The notes below the pieces were generated by a model. The model saw only the letters and a program-made list of their open reading frames with translations, ran no database searches and was not told where the DNA came from. Both the position numbers and the translations under genes were made by a program. A stretch of DNA of 64,000 bases from a virus. The stretch is taken from IMG/VR virus record IMGVR_UViG_3300050120_000169, positions 16,088 through 80,087 of that record, one strand, 5' to 3'. How positions within the stretch are numbered: the first letter of the stretch is position 1; each line of letters begins with the position of its first letter. This document shows positions 29,193 through 38,345 of this stretch, piece by piece.

Positions 29193-30151
29193 AAGTGCGA
29201 AACAGGTAGCGTTATCGTTATAGTTGGCGTCGGGTTAGGTTGGTTCGAATCCAACCCGTCCCGCCAAGTTTTCCGCAATTAACTGCGGAGGATTTCACGG
29301 GACGGTGGCCGAGTGGATACAGGCCCACATGCGAATGTGGAAAGACCCAGTTTATGATTTTCGTATCACCTGTCAGCATTGTCTTATGCAACAGCGGCAA
29401 AAGTAGTCCGGCAAGCAGCTTCGCGCACCCCTGATAAGAGCGCGAAGCATAAGTCAAGGTCATCGGTTCGAACCCGGTCGCCTCCTCCTGAGTAACTTGT
29501 AAAACTATGAATGCTAAGCAGTACATTCTTGACCGGAGTTTGGAAATAGGGGATTGCTGGATATGGCAGCAATCTACGGATAAGAATGGTTACGGTTGTG
29601 CCTGTTTTAATGGTGTGTATTTAGGCGCTCACCGGCTTTCATTCATGGCTTTTGTTGGGGAAATACCTTCTGGTATAAAAGTGTTACATACTTGCGATAT
29701 TCCTTCTTGTGTGCGACCACAACATCTATTTCTTGGAAGTCATCAAGACAACATGGATGATATGGTTAAAAAAGGGAGGTCTGCCAAGGGTGTGCATATG
29801 AATACTGGAAGTGCGCACGGTTCAGCGGTTTTGACGGAAGACCAAGTTTTACTAATTCGCAAACTTTGTGAAGAAGGTAGGTCACAAAATTCAGTGGAAA
29901 GAGAATTTGGATTGTCCAAAGGACTAGTGAATAAAATAGTGCGTAGAAAACTATGGACCCACATATAGGTTACTGAGCGGAGGCGTAGCTCAGCGGTAGA
30001 GCATTGGCTAATTGAGTTATCGTAACTGGCTTGGATGTGATGAAAAACGCAGTTGGGTGAAAGCCGAAGTCCCCAGCAGGAGTCGGGCATGACAAATGCG
30101 CGGGGGCTTTCTAACTGGCCTTGGACACAGGACCGGGCAGAAAGCGCACTT
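29193..30151 (+). ncRNA. large structured RNA with two circularly permuted tRNA-like domains
   Basis: Closing helix AAGTGCG 29193-29199 / CGCACTT 30145-30151; permuted domains at 29232-29348 and 29452-30009. Confidence 0.7.
29507..29968 (+). mobile_element. HNH homing endonuclease embedded in the RNA linker
   Basis: CWIW...GYG...AHRLS...VLHTCD.PSCVRPQHLFLGSHQDNMDD plus a C-terminal HTH. Confidence 0.9.
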
Positions 30152-30164
30152 CAATGGAGTGACC

Positions 30165-30347
30165 GTGATTGATACCACACAAACCCCGTATTACAAGGGT
30201 TACAAAGCCTTCCTAGATTACAACCGGGGCGATACCCCCATGCCTGACAACCCATTTGTAGAAGGTAGCAATGATTACGGGCGGTGGGTTGATGGGTATG
30301 GCGATGCTCTTGGCGACTGGGAAGCCTGGATGGAAAGCGATATTTAG
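30165..30347 (+). CDS. small hypothetical protein
   Basis: GGAG RBS; YYKGY...NPF...WVDGY pattern. Confidence 0.5.
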   Translation: MIDTTQTPYYKGYKAFLDYNRGDTPMPDNPFVEGSNDYGRWVDGYGDALGDWEAWMESDI

Positions 30348-30356
30348 GAGCAGCAC

Positions 30357-31193
30357 ATGGCATTGAATTTTGTTGGTGGTAAGCCGGTAAAAGTGGATAA
30401 GAAGATTATCCCTGTTGAAGAAATAAAAACCCCCGCTCCCCCTCCTTCGGGGGACTTCAAGTATTCGGATAAAGAACTGGCCGCGTTCCTGCTTGAGCAA
30501 GCACAGCAAATCAAGGCTGCGACTGCTGTACCGGGTTCGTTGTTGACCGCACAAGAACCGGAAAAGATACCGATCTACGTCAATGTTACGCATACAGTGG
30601 CCCCCGCCCCCTCGATTTTTGGATCATCGGGCATTCTAAACAACGAATTGTATGCCCAAGGCGTCACGCCACCCCCCGGGACGGTATTGGCCGATGGCAC
30701 GACCACGTACTTGAGTAAGCTGCAAATCCCCGTTTCGGAATTAACGGTCGAGGACCAAGTAAAGCTTTCTCAGGACCAAGAACCGCAGTCAATTGCGGTG
30801 GAACAGGCGCACTCGGAAGTGCTGACGTTGGTAGACGAGTACACCGAACTGCAAGCGGAAATCGATGCCGTTGACATTTCTGCCCAGTTGAAAGCCCAGG
30901 AAACGATCAAAAAGCGGCTGGCGCAGATTGCCAAATCCGATAATTACCCGTCGAATAAACCCGTACAGCTATGCGGCACGCATGGCAACTACGTGGAGTT
31001 CAGCGCGGCGGCCAACTCGGTGAAGATCACCGACAAGGCGGGTATGGCGATGTATCTCGGTGCGCCAGTGTGGATTGAGCACACCGAAATGACGCTGGCC
31101 GAAGCCAAGAAGATCCTCAGCGAAAACGAACTTGCCAAGTACACGTCTAACGTCCCGGGTAGTCGGACGCTCAAAACCGTTTATAAGGGGTAG
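30357..31193 (+). CDS. hypothetical protein
   Basis: 278 aa; AGGAG RBS. Confidence 0.65.
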   Translation: MALNFVGGKPVKVDKKIIPVEEIKTPAPPPSGDFKYSDKELAAFLLEQAQQIKAATAVPGSLLTAQEPEKIPIYVNVTHTVAPAPSIFGSSGILNNELYAQGVTPPPGTVLADGTTTYLSKLQIPVSELTVEDQVKLSQDQEPQSIAVEQAHSEVLTLVDEYTELQAEIDAVDISAQLKAQETIKKRLAQIAKSDNYPSNKPVQLCGTHGNYVEFSAAANSVKITDKAGMAMYLGAPVWIEHTEMTLAEAKKILSENELAKYTSNVPGSRTLKTVYKG

Positions 31194-32086
31194 TCATGGT
31201 AGATACCGATGTCCTAATTGCGGCCTTGGCTGACCAGCACGATATTATTGACTCGCTGTTGGCCGAGCTTATTACTGCGAAACCCGGATGGTTCCCTACA
31301 CAAAGTCCGTTGTGGCTGCGAATTGTATCCGCGCACGAGATTTTGGTGGAGGCCCAACGTGAGCAAAAAGGGTAAGCCTAAGTTTTATGTGCCCTGTACT
31401 CCGGCTGGCACGCCCTGCGTGTGGAATGCCGGAAAGACTGAGCAAGAAGCGTGGGAGAACCTCATGATGGATGCCAGTCATATGCCGTACACAGGCATAG
31501 ATGCGTTCAAAGCTCGGGGCTACACAGTGGAGGAATGGGATTATGATCCGCGATGAAGTAAAGCCGGATTGGCTACAACTTTGTTTCGACAATAACTACA
31601 TCGATTTTGTGGAGTTTCCCGAGGGTGCGGCGTATGAAAACGCGGCTATCCACAAATTCATGTACACCTGGGGTATCCTTGCGGGCTTGAATTCCTGTGG
31701 GTACGAAAACCGCTGGTGTTACTCTACAGAAGAAGATGCACACCGGGCGCTGATGGACTGGCGATTACGTGGTGGTGAGGAAGAACCCGATGGCTGGCAC
31801 CGTGAATTAGCACACGGTCGCCGCCGTCCAGATGGAGACGCAAGCCGTGAATACATCAACTGGTAAAGGCCCGCACATCTGCTGGGTAGTGTATGAGCAC
31901 CCGTTGGACTTCCCTGATGGGTATGTGGCCCGACAGTTCATTAATGGCAAGCCTACGGAAACTTGCTTGCGCTTTAAGGAACTAGGGCAACTTCGGGTTA
32001 TACTCTGCTGGAATTACCCGGAAATTCGCTATTTTCCGCGCCATGCGAGTGACGAACCGCAGATCAAAGAAATGTGGATGTAGAGC

Positions 32087-33094
32087 ATGAATCTTGAACA
32101 GGGGCGGGCGTTCTTGGAATGCCTGGGCGTCAAGCAATCCAAAATGAAGTCGGATGCGAAGTGGTTGCGCTGTAGCTGCCCGTTGGCTAGATGGACACAC
32201 CAACACCATAAAGATAGTAACCCCAGCTTTGCCCTATCACTGGATAGCACGCAGGCCCCCTTCTATACCTGTTTTACCTGCTTTAGTGGTAGTGCTGAGG
32301 ACCTACTCCAAACGCTCGAACTGTACACCCGGGAAACCCCCGAGCTACAGCATATGTACAACTTCGCACGGGCGCATGAGATCCTAGATGACGCGGAGTT
32401 GATGCTGCCGGTGATGGGCGAGTACACCGAGGGTGTAAGCGAGGAACATAAGAAATTCGTGCCTTGGCCCGAAACCTACCTGCAATCATTTATACGTGCC
32501 AGTCAGCATCCACTACCGGCTGAGTACCTAATGTCCCCAAAGGATCACTTAAATGAATTTGGACAAAAATGTAGAGCAATCCCTGCCGAGCGGCTCATCA
32601 CTTTTGACGTCAGGTACGATCCAAGCAAGGGGATGGTGGTGTTTCCTTACCGGGATGCATATGGGCGACTGGCCGGTATGCGAGGGCGTTCCCTTACCGA
32701 AAAGAAGCACTATGACTATACATGGCAAGGTGTTAATAACGCTGGTTTAGTGTGGTACAACGAGCAATGCCTGGACACCTTACCGGGCTGGGTAGTGGTG
32801 GTAGAAGGGCAAATTGATGCCCTACGCGTGAGTGAGCGCTGGCCTAAGGTAGTGGCTAACATGACGGCCAAACCCAGCACGTCCAAGCTTGAGAAGCTGA
32901 TGCACGCCCAGGGCACAATCCTAATCCCTGATGCTGATGCGGGCGGGGTAAATAGTGTCAAGCGCTACATTGAGTACCACCAGATGCACGATCAACCCCT
33001 ACGGGTTTTACACCTCCCAGACCTAGGGCAGAAGTTGGATCCAGACGACTGTGATCCAGATTATCTTCATTCTCGAATTTTGGAGATACTTTAA
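32087..33094 (+). CDS. DNA primase (Zn finger + TOPRIM)
   Basis: CPLA...H...CFTC; VVVEGQIDAL; DAD motif. Confidence 0.85.
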   Translation: MNLEQGRAFLECLGVKQSKMKSDAKWLRCSCPLARWTHQHHKDSNPSFALSLDSTQAPFYTCFTCFSGSAEDLLQTLELYTRETPELQHMYNFARAHEILDDAELMLPVMGEYTEGVSEEHKKFVPWPETYLQSFIRASQHPLPAEYLMSPKDHLNEFGQKCRAIPAERLITFDVRYDPSKGMVVFPYRDAYGRLAGMRGRSLTEKKHYDYTWQGVNNAGLVWYNEQCLDTLPGWVVVVEGQIDALRVSERWPKVVANMTAKPSTSKLEKLMHAQGTILIPDADAGGVNSVKRYIEYHQMHDQPLRVLHLPDLGQKLDPDDCDPDYLHSRILEIL

Positions 33095-33100
33095 TATCAT

Positions 33101-33128
33101 TTGACAAACCCCAGATTCGGCGTACAAT
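33101..33128 (+). promoter_or_regulatory. sigma70-like promoter
   Basis: TTGACA-N16-TACAAT. Confidence 0.7.
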
Positions 33129-33185
33129 CCAGATAGTGCCAGGGAGCACTTTTTGAGGTTTAGTCCTGATTATCTGGAGTTCAAT

Positions 33186-33959
33186 ATGACTGTCTCATGG
33201 CTGAAACAAGGTGAAGCTAGTGTTGTAATTGCAAAACAAGAAGAAGCCGCATATGAAATGCGCAAGGAAGAACAGGGAAAAATGTCCCGGTTCTGGATGA
33301 AGGAAGGTGAAGAATGCCGAATTACGTTTGTGGACGGCGATCTTGACCCAGAAAAGCAGATTTTGATCCCGCCTCGTTATTACGAGCACATGTTGTACCT
33401 CGATGGCAGTTGGAATAACCACTTTGTTTGTCCTGAGAAAACGGCCCCTCACCTGGGTGACAAATGCCCTATCTGTGCGGGCAACGAGTACCCCTACCTC
33501 GCATCGCTTTTCACCATCATCGACCACCGCGAGTGGCAAAGCCAGAAGAACCCTGGCAAGGTCTACAAGGACCAAGCCAAGTTGTTTGTAGCTAAGGCCA
33601 AGACCGTAGAACTATTGAACAAGATCGCGGTTAAGCGTGGCGGCCTCGCTGGCTGCACGTTTGACGTGATGCGGATCGGTGAAAAGAGCGCCAATGTGGG
33701 TACGAACTTCGATTTCGTGGAGAAACAATCCATTGAGGTGCTGAAGGAAAAATACGTGCAGGAATGGACCGACCCGAAGACCAACAAAACCACCAAGATT
33801 TGCGTGTTTGTCCCAGCGAAATACGAAGAACAGATCGTGTTCCGCAGTGGTGCGCAACTTGAGGCCAAGGGTTTCGGCGCACCGAAGGTCAGCGGCTACA
33901 GCAGCAACACCCCGTCAGCCGGTGCTGGCGATATGACTGACTACGCAAACCAACTGTAA
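33186..33959 (+). CDS. single-stranded DNA-binding protein (gp32-like)
   Basis: RFWMKEGE, H...C...CPIC zinc motif; lies between primase and helicase genes. Confidence 0.65.
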   Translation: MTVSWLKQGEASVVIAKQEEAAYEMRKEEQGKMSRFWMKEGEECRITFVDGDLDPEKQILIPPRYYEHMLYLDGSWNNHFVCPEKTAPHLGDKCPICAGNEYPYLASLFTIIDHREWQSQKNPGKVYKDQAKLFVAKAKTVELLNKIAVKRGGLAGCTFDVMRIGEKSANVGTNFDFVEKQSIEVLKEKYVQEWTDPKTNKTTKICVFVPAKYEEQIVFRSGAQLEAKGFGAPKVSGYSSNTPSAGAGDMTDYANQL

Positions 33960-34084
33960 GTCAACGGGGCGAGCAATTAGGCAAAGGAAGTGTATCCTCC
34001 ACACTTTCCTGCCAGCACCTTATCCCAGTGGGTGTTTGCCGAATAGATTGGGAATCGCTCGCCCCCCCCCCTAATGGAGTAAAA

Positions 34085-35428
34085 ATGACTTTACGCGTGC
34101 TGGACGTACAGCCGAAGTTCACGTCCGCTATGGCGGTTTATGACTTTAATTTGGCGATTGAGGCCAAGTTCAAATTCATGAGCAGATTTGGCGACCCGGT
34201 GAATATGTCATACCGTGAAGGCAACTTGCTGTACGTGCCGCGTGAAGTAGTTCCTGTAGGCAAGGAAGATTACCGAGTTAGCAACAAGGTGTCCGCAATC
34301 AATTGCGCGATTGTGCCACGTAACGCCGAGCAGATACCCCTTTCGTCTAAATCATTAGACCTGCTTCGAAGCGGACAAAATCATGTTTTTAATGCGCCTA
34401 CTGGATGGGGCAAGAGTGTAGTAGGTGGTTTTATAGCCGCAGCGTTAGGTCAGACGACAATTATTATTGTCAATAAGACAGACCTGATGGATAGCTGGTA
34501 CGACGCCTTAGTAAATGTGCTAGGCATACCACCGAAACTGGTGGGCAAGGTGCAGCAGGACACCTGTAACTGGCAGGGAAAGCAGTTTGTGATCGCTATG
34601 GCGCATAGCGTGTGCAAGGAAGACAGATACCCCGATGAAATGTACCGGTATTTTGGGTTCATGATTGTCGATGAAGTAGATGCGATGGCCCCGGATTTCT
34701 TTGCCGGAATCTTCTCCAAATTCCCGGCGCGATACCGGTTAGGGTTCTCAGCCACCACTGACCGATCAGACGGTAAATGGAAGATCCTGACATACAATAT
34801 CGGTCCCGTATTGGTGCAAGGTACGATTCTCCCGATGGTGCCCAAGATTCTGGTCAAGAAGACCAAGTGGCGCATCCCCCGGTGGAAGAAGTGGGTAGAC
34901 GGGGAGGTAAAGGAAGAACCGATACCGCACAGCCCTGGACGCATGACGCTGGTAACTAAGGCCATGGCAAGCAGCTTGCCTCGTAATATGGAAATTGTTG
35001 AGTTCGTTAAGGCCGCGTACAAGGCTGACCGGACTACTTTGATACTGAGTGACTTAAGGGATGGACATCTTGACCCCCTGTTCTTGTTGTTGACCAAACA
35101 GGCAGGGATACCCGGCGATAAGATTGGTTATTACGTTGGGGGCATGACCAAGCAGGAATTAGAGGTAACGAAAAAGGCCAAGGTAGTGCTGGCGACTTAC
35201 AAGATGGTAAATAGAGGCACGAACGTCCCACATTGGGACTCCCTGGTACTAGCTACACCTAAATGTGATGTACGTCAGGCAGTGGGCCGGGTTATTCGGT
35301 TTATGACTGATAAAAAACAACCCGTTGTATTGGATCTTGTGGATGTAGATCCGATTTTTCATACCTTTCATTTATCACGGGTGAAGTATTATTACAGTAT
35401 TAAAGCAGAAATTGTGAGGATGGACTGA
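34085..35428 (+). CDS. superfamily 2 DNA helicase
   Basis: APTGWGKS, IVDEVD, SAT and QAVGRVIR motifs. Confidence 0.85.
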   Translation: MTLRVLDVQPKFTSAMAVYDFNLAIEAKFKFMSRFGDPVNMSYREGNLLYVPREVVPVGKEDYRVSNKVSAINCAIVPRNAEQIPLSSKSLDLLRSGQNHVFNAPTGWGKSVVGGFIAAALGQTTIIIVNKTDLMDSWYDALVNVLGIPPKLVGKVQQDTCNWQGKQFVIAMAHSVCKEDRYPDEMYRYFGFMIVDEVDAMAPDFFAGIFSKFPARYRLGFSATTDRSDGKWKILTYNIGPVLVQGTILPMVPKILVKKTKWRIPRWKKWVDGEVKEEPIPHSPGRMTLVTKAMASSLPRNMEIVEFVKAAYKADRTTLILSDLRDGHLDPLFLLLTKQAGIPGDKIGYYVGGMTKQELEVTKKAKVVLATYKMVNRGTNVPHWDSLVLATPKCDVRQAVGRVIRFMTDKKQPVVLDLVDVDPIFHTFHLSRVKYYYSIKAEIVRMD

Positions 35429-35430
35429 TC

Positions 35431-35862
35431 ATGACCGATGACGCATTCAACCGCTGGTACAAGAATCACAAGAAGGACTTTAACGACAAGCGGAAAAGTC
35501 GCTACCATACTGATCCCGAGTACAAGAAGCGGGTGTTGGCGGCCAGTCGGCAAACCCGAGAAGATCGGCGTAAAGGTGTGGTGAAGTCGGCTACTAGTCA
35601 GAGTGGGGTGGTAAATCTGTCGGCCTTAGCCGAGGACCTAGAGATATCGGTTTGGACGCTTCGGAACTGGATGGCTAACGATTATTTTCCAAGACCCCAG
35701 ATAGAGGGTGGGGGGCTATGGTTCACGCCCTGGCAAGTAGCACTCGTGGCACTGATTCAAGAATTCATGAAAGATAACAACGTTCGACGCCTAAGCGCCG
35801 CCCAGCGCCAAGATTTACAAAAAGTCTTGACCTATATCCATGCCCATTGGGGTGATGCATGA
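35431..35862 (+). CDS. MerR-like HTH DNA-binding protein
   Basis: LSALAEDLEISVWTLRNW...FPRP. Confidence 0.6.
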   Translation: MTDDAFNRWYKNHKKDFNDKRKSRYHTDPEYKKRVLAASRQTREDRRKGVVKSATSQSGVVNLSALAEDLEISVWTLRNWMANDYFPRPQIEGGGLWFTPWQVALVALIQEFMKDNNVRRLSAAQRQDLQKVLTYIHAHWGDA

Positions 35863-36215
35863 GTGTAACTATCCACAAACCTAATCCGTACGCCAAACAT
35901 CTGGTTAGTGAGCCAGTGAAGGGCACCACGACTGTAACCCATGTCCAAACCCTGGGGAAAGGTCAAAAAGAAGAAAAGCTACTATCGTCAACCGATGAAC
36001 TGGTAAGCAAAGGTCTGATTGTCCCCAAGGAGCAGCTTCACATGTTGGAGGTAGGGGGCGGTACGACGATCAACCTGGGCAATTTCGAATCGGCACGAAT
36101 TGATGTACGGCTCACAGCGCCATGTACAAAGGCTGATTTGATGGAAACCTACGAATTTGCCAGCGATTGGGTAAGCGAACGCATTATTGCGGCAGTCAAA
36201 GCCGCTAAGGGGTAG
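35859..36215 (+). CDS. hypothetical protein
   Basis: TINLGNFESARID motif common in phage proteins near recA. Confidence 0.6.
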   Translation: MSVTIHKPNPYAKHLVSEPVKGTTTVTHVQTLGKGQKEEKLLSSTDELVSKGLIVPKEQLHMLEVGGGTTINLGNFESARIDVRLTAPCTKADLMETYEFASDWVSERIIAAVKAAKG

Positions 36216-36218
36216 ACC

Positions 36219-37475
36219 ATGCCAGTTACAGTAGGAAAACCCGGCACGAAACCGGGACCGGTAAAAATTACAGCGGATGTAAAATCGATAGTGCCTGTCA
36301 ATGCCCCGGAACCGGCTAAGAAAAAAATAACCAGTGAGTTGTCGGTTGTATTGGCTCAGATCAAAAAGGATAAAGGCGATAAGGTTGTCTACCGGGGGCG
36401 CGATGTTCCTGATGTAAAACGCTGCCCAACTGGCGATTTTGAGTTTGATTTCAATACCGGTGGGGGCTTCCCGCGTGGGCGCATATCGCTCATTTACGGG
36501 CCTGAGTCTAGCTGCAAGACCACGTTTGCTCTACGTGCCGCCGCAGTGGCGCAGCGCGGCCCGAAAGAATGTAATAAGGTGGTGTTTGTGGATGTAGAGC
36601 ACTCCTTTGATACGGCGCGGGCCGAGGAACTGAGTGTGGATGTAGACGAATTGATTGTGGTTAAGCCCGGTTACGGCGAAGAAGCGGCGGACATTATCGT
36701 TGCTGTGATTGCCGCTGAGGATGTCGCAATGGTTATTGTTGATTCCCTGGCCGCCATGATTTCTACGGCTGAGATTGATAAATCAATGGAGAAGTTCGAC
36801 GTTGGCACCAGCGCGATCCTAATTAAGCGCATGACCAATAAGGTTAATAACCAGCTTTCAGCCGAGGCCAAGCGAGATCATTACCCGGCTGTGATCCTGA
36901 TCAATCAGATTCGGTACAAGGTTGGTGTGGTATTTGGCAACCCGGAAACGACACCGGGCGGGAAAAACCCGCATTTCTTGTCTGCGTTGACCGTTCGGGT
37001 GAGTGGCAAGAACAAGATTGTTGGTGCCGTGAATCCAGATAAACCGTCATATAAAGAATTGACTTGCGACATTATCAAAGCCAAGGTGGGCATCATCCGC
37101 AGCCACTTTGAGTTCGATATGGCGATGTTTGCACATGGCGACCTACTGGCTGGGGAAACCAAAAGTTGGGGGCTGGTAAAAGACGAACTTCAGGCGGCTG
37201 GGTTGTTGAAGAAAGGCCCGAAGGAAAAGGGTTGGGAACTGGAAGGAAAAGTGTACCCAACTCAGCAGGTGATCGAAGACACGTACTACGCCGAAGCCGA
37301 CTTCTCGTTGCACCTCCAGCAGTTGGTGATTGCCCAGTACGATGGCAAGAAGACGGTTTTTGATAACACCAAGAAATTCCTGGCACAATCTGATCAAGAA
37401 GTGGAAGCTCAGCCAATTGATACGACGGGGGGGATGCTTTTCCAGGAGTCTAAAGATGTCGAATCCATATCTTGA
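36219..37475 (+). CDS. recA: RecA/UvsX-like recombinase
   Basis: GGFPRGRI, YGPESSCKTT, FVDVEH, IVDSLAA, INQIR and FGNPETTPGG motifs. Confidence 0.9.
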   Translation: MPVTVGKPGTKPGPVKITADVKSIVPVNAPEPAKKKITSELSVVLAQIKKDKGDKVVYRGRDVPDVKRCPTGDFEFDFNTGGGFPRGRISLIYGPESSCKTTFALRAAAVAQRGPKECNKVVFVDVEHSFDTARAEELSVDVDELIVVKPGYGEEAADIIVAVIAAEDVAMVIVDSLAAMISTAEIDKSMEKFDVGTSAILIKRMTNKVNNQLSAEAKRDHYPAVILINQIRYKVGVVFGNPETTPGGKNPHFLSALTVRVSGKNKIVGAVNPDKPSYKELTCDIIKAKVGIIRSHFEFDMAMFAHGDLLAGETKSWGLVKDELQAAGLLKKGPKEKGWELEGKVYPTQQVIEDTYYAEADFSLHLQQLVIAQYDGKKTVFDNTKKFLAQSDQEVEAQPIDTTGGMLFQESKDVESIS

Positions 37476-37824
37476 ACGAGCCGCCAAAAAGCTAATTGGC
37501 GACACAGGACGGGCTAGTGAGAAGCGCGTGGCTCGCTCAATGGGCGGTCGGCTGCAACCAGCCAGTGGGGCTGTGGACGGCCACAAGGGTGATTTCAAGC
37601 TAAAACGACGAATGAAGTTTTTGGCTGAGGCAAAAAGTACCACTGGTGATACACTCAAACTCGATCTTGGGTGGTTAATGAAAATTACATCTGAAGCGTT
37701 GGCCCAACGTGCTAAACCCATGCTGGTGGTGAGCTTTACCACTCCCGAGGGCAAACTTCGCGGGCTAAAGGAAGACTGGGTGTGTATCCCACGCCACGTA
37801 TTCGATGAGTTGACGGAGGAATGA
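37456..37824 (+). CDS. PD-(D/E)xK Holliday junction resolvase-like nuclease
   Basis: E...PASGA...KGD...AEAKST. Confidence 0.7.
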   Translation: MSNPYLERAAKKLIGDTGRASEKRVARSMGGRLQPASGAVDGHKGDFKLKRRMKFLAEAKSTTGDTLKLDLGWLMKITSEALAQRAKPMLVVSFTTPEGKLRGLKEDWVCIPRHVFDELTEE

Positions 37825-38081
37825 AAATGATGGATTGTACTGAGGCAGAAACCCGGTTGGCGAAATGTGTTGAAATGCTGGAAGAACAATTTCGGGGGGA
37901 ATTTCATTTCGCGGTGTTTGTGATGCGGCGTCCCATTGATGGGGAACCGGATTCAGATGTCATTGAAGGCACGTATATGAGCACGTTGCCAAACCCTGAG
38001 TTACGGTCCTGTGTAGTTGGTATGATTGATGGCACGGATCCTGACGATATAGAGCAGATTCAAGGTAGTTCGATCAACTAG
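37821..38081 (+). CDS. hypothetical protein, paralog of the next gene
   Basis: EAETRLAKCVEMLEEQF resembles EADKKMRKCVDYIQKQF. Confidence 0.5.
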   Translation: MKMMDCTEAETRLAKCVEMLEEQFRGEFHFAVFVMRRPIDGEPDSDVIEGTYMSTLPNPELRSCVVGMIDGTDPDDIEQIQGSSIN

Positions 38082-38092
38082 CGAGGTTTGTC

Positions 38093-38338
38093 ATGACCGG
38101 TGATGAAGCTGACAAAAAGATGCGCAAATGCGTTGATTACATCCAAAAGCAGTTTGGGCAGGGTGAAACGGCTTTTGGACTGGTCGTGGTTGTACGAACT
38201 GATGAAGACCCTGAGGGGGATTTAGGCTATAGCGGCTCAATGACCCTGCGCGAAACCGGCGATGTAATCCAAGCCTATCTCGAAGGCGAAGGCCCAGCCG
38301 ACGAGCGTGGCGATTTCAAACCCATCCTGTTGAACTAG
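38093..38338 (+). CDS. hypothetical protein
   Basis: GAGG RBS; paralog of the upstream gene. Confidence 0.5.
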   Translation: MTGDEADKKMRKCVDYIQKQFGQGETAFGLVVVVRTDEDPEGDLGYSGSMTLRETGDVIQAYLEGEGPADERGDFKPILLN

Positions 38339-38345
38339 GACTACC

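Noticed and set aside
29299-29486. A normal-order tRNA formed from the 5' half of domain 1 and the 3' half of domain 2
   Set aside because: GGGACGG does not pair with CGCCTCC; each 5' strand matches only the 3' strand upstream of it.
29193-30151. Two-piece (permuted) tmRNA, or two ordinary tRNA genes
   Set aside because: The acceptor stems lack G3-U70/A73, no tag reading frame is evident, there are two domains rather than one, the halves are in reversed order and there is no anticodon loop.
33978-34045. c-di-GMP-I riboswitch suggested by GGCAAA
   Set aside because: The GNRA tetraloop/receptor arrangement and conserved P1-P2 nucleotides are not present.
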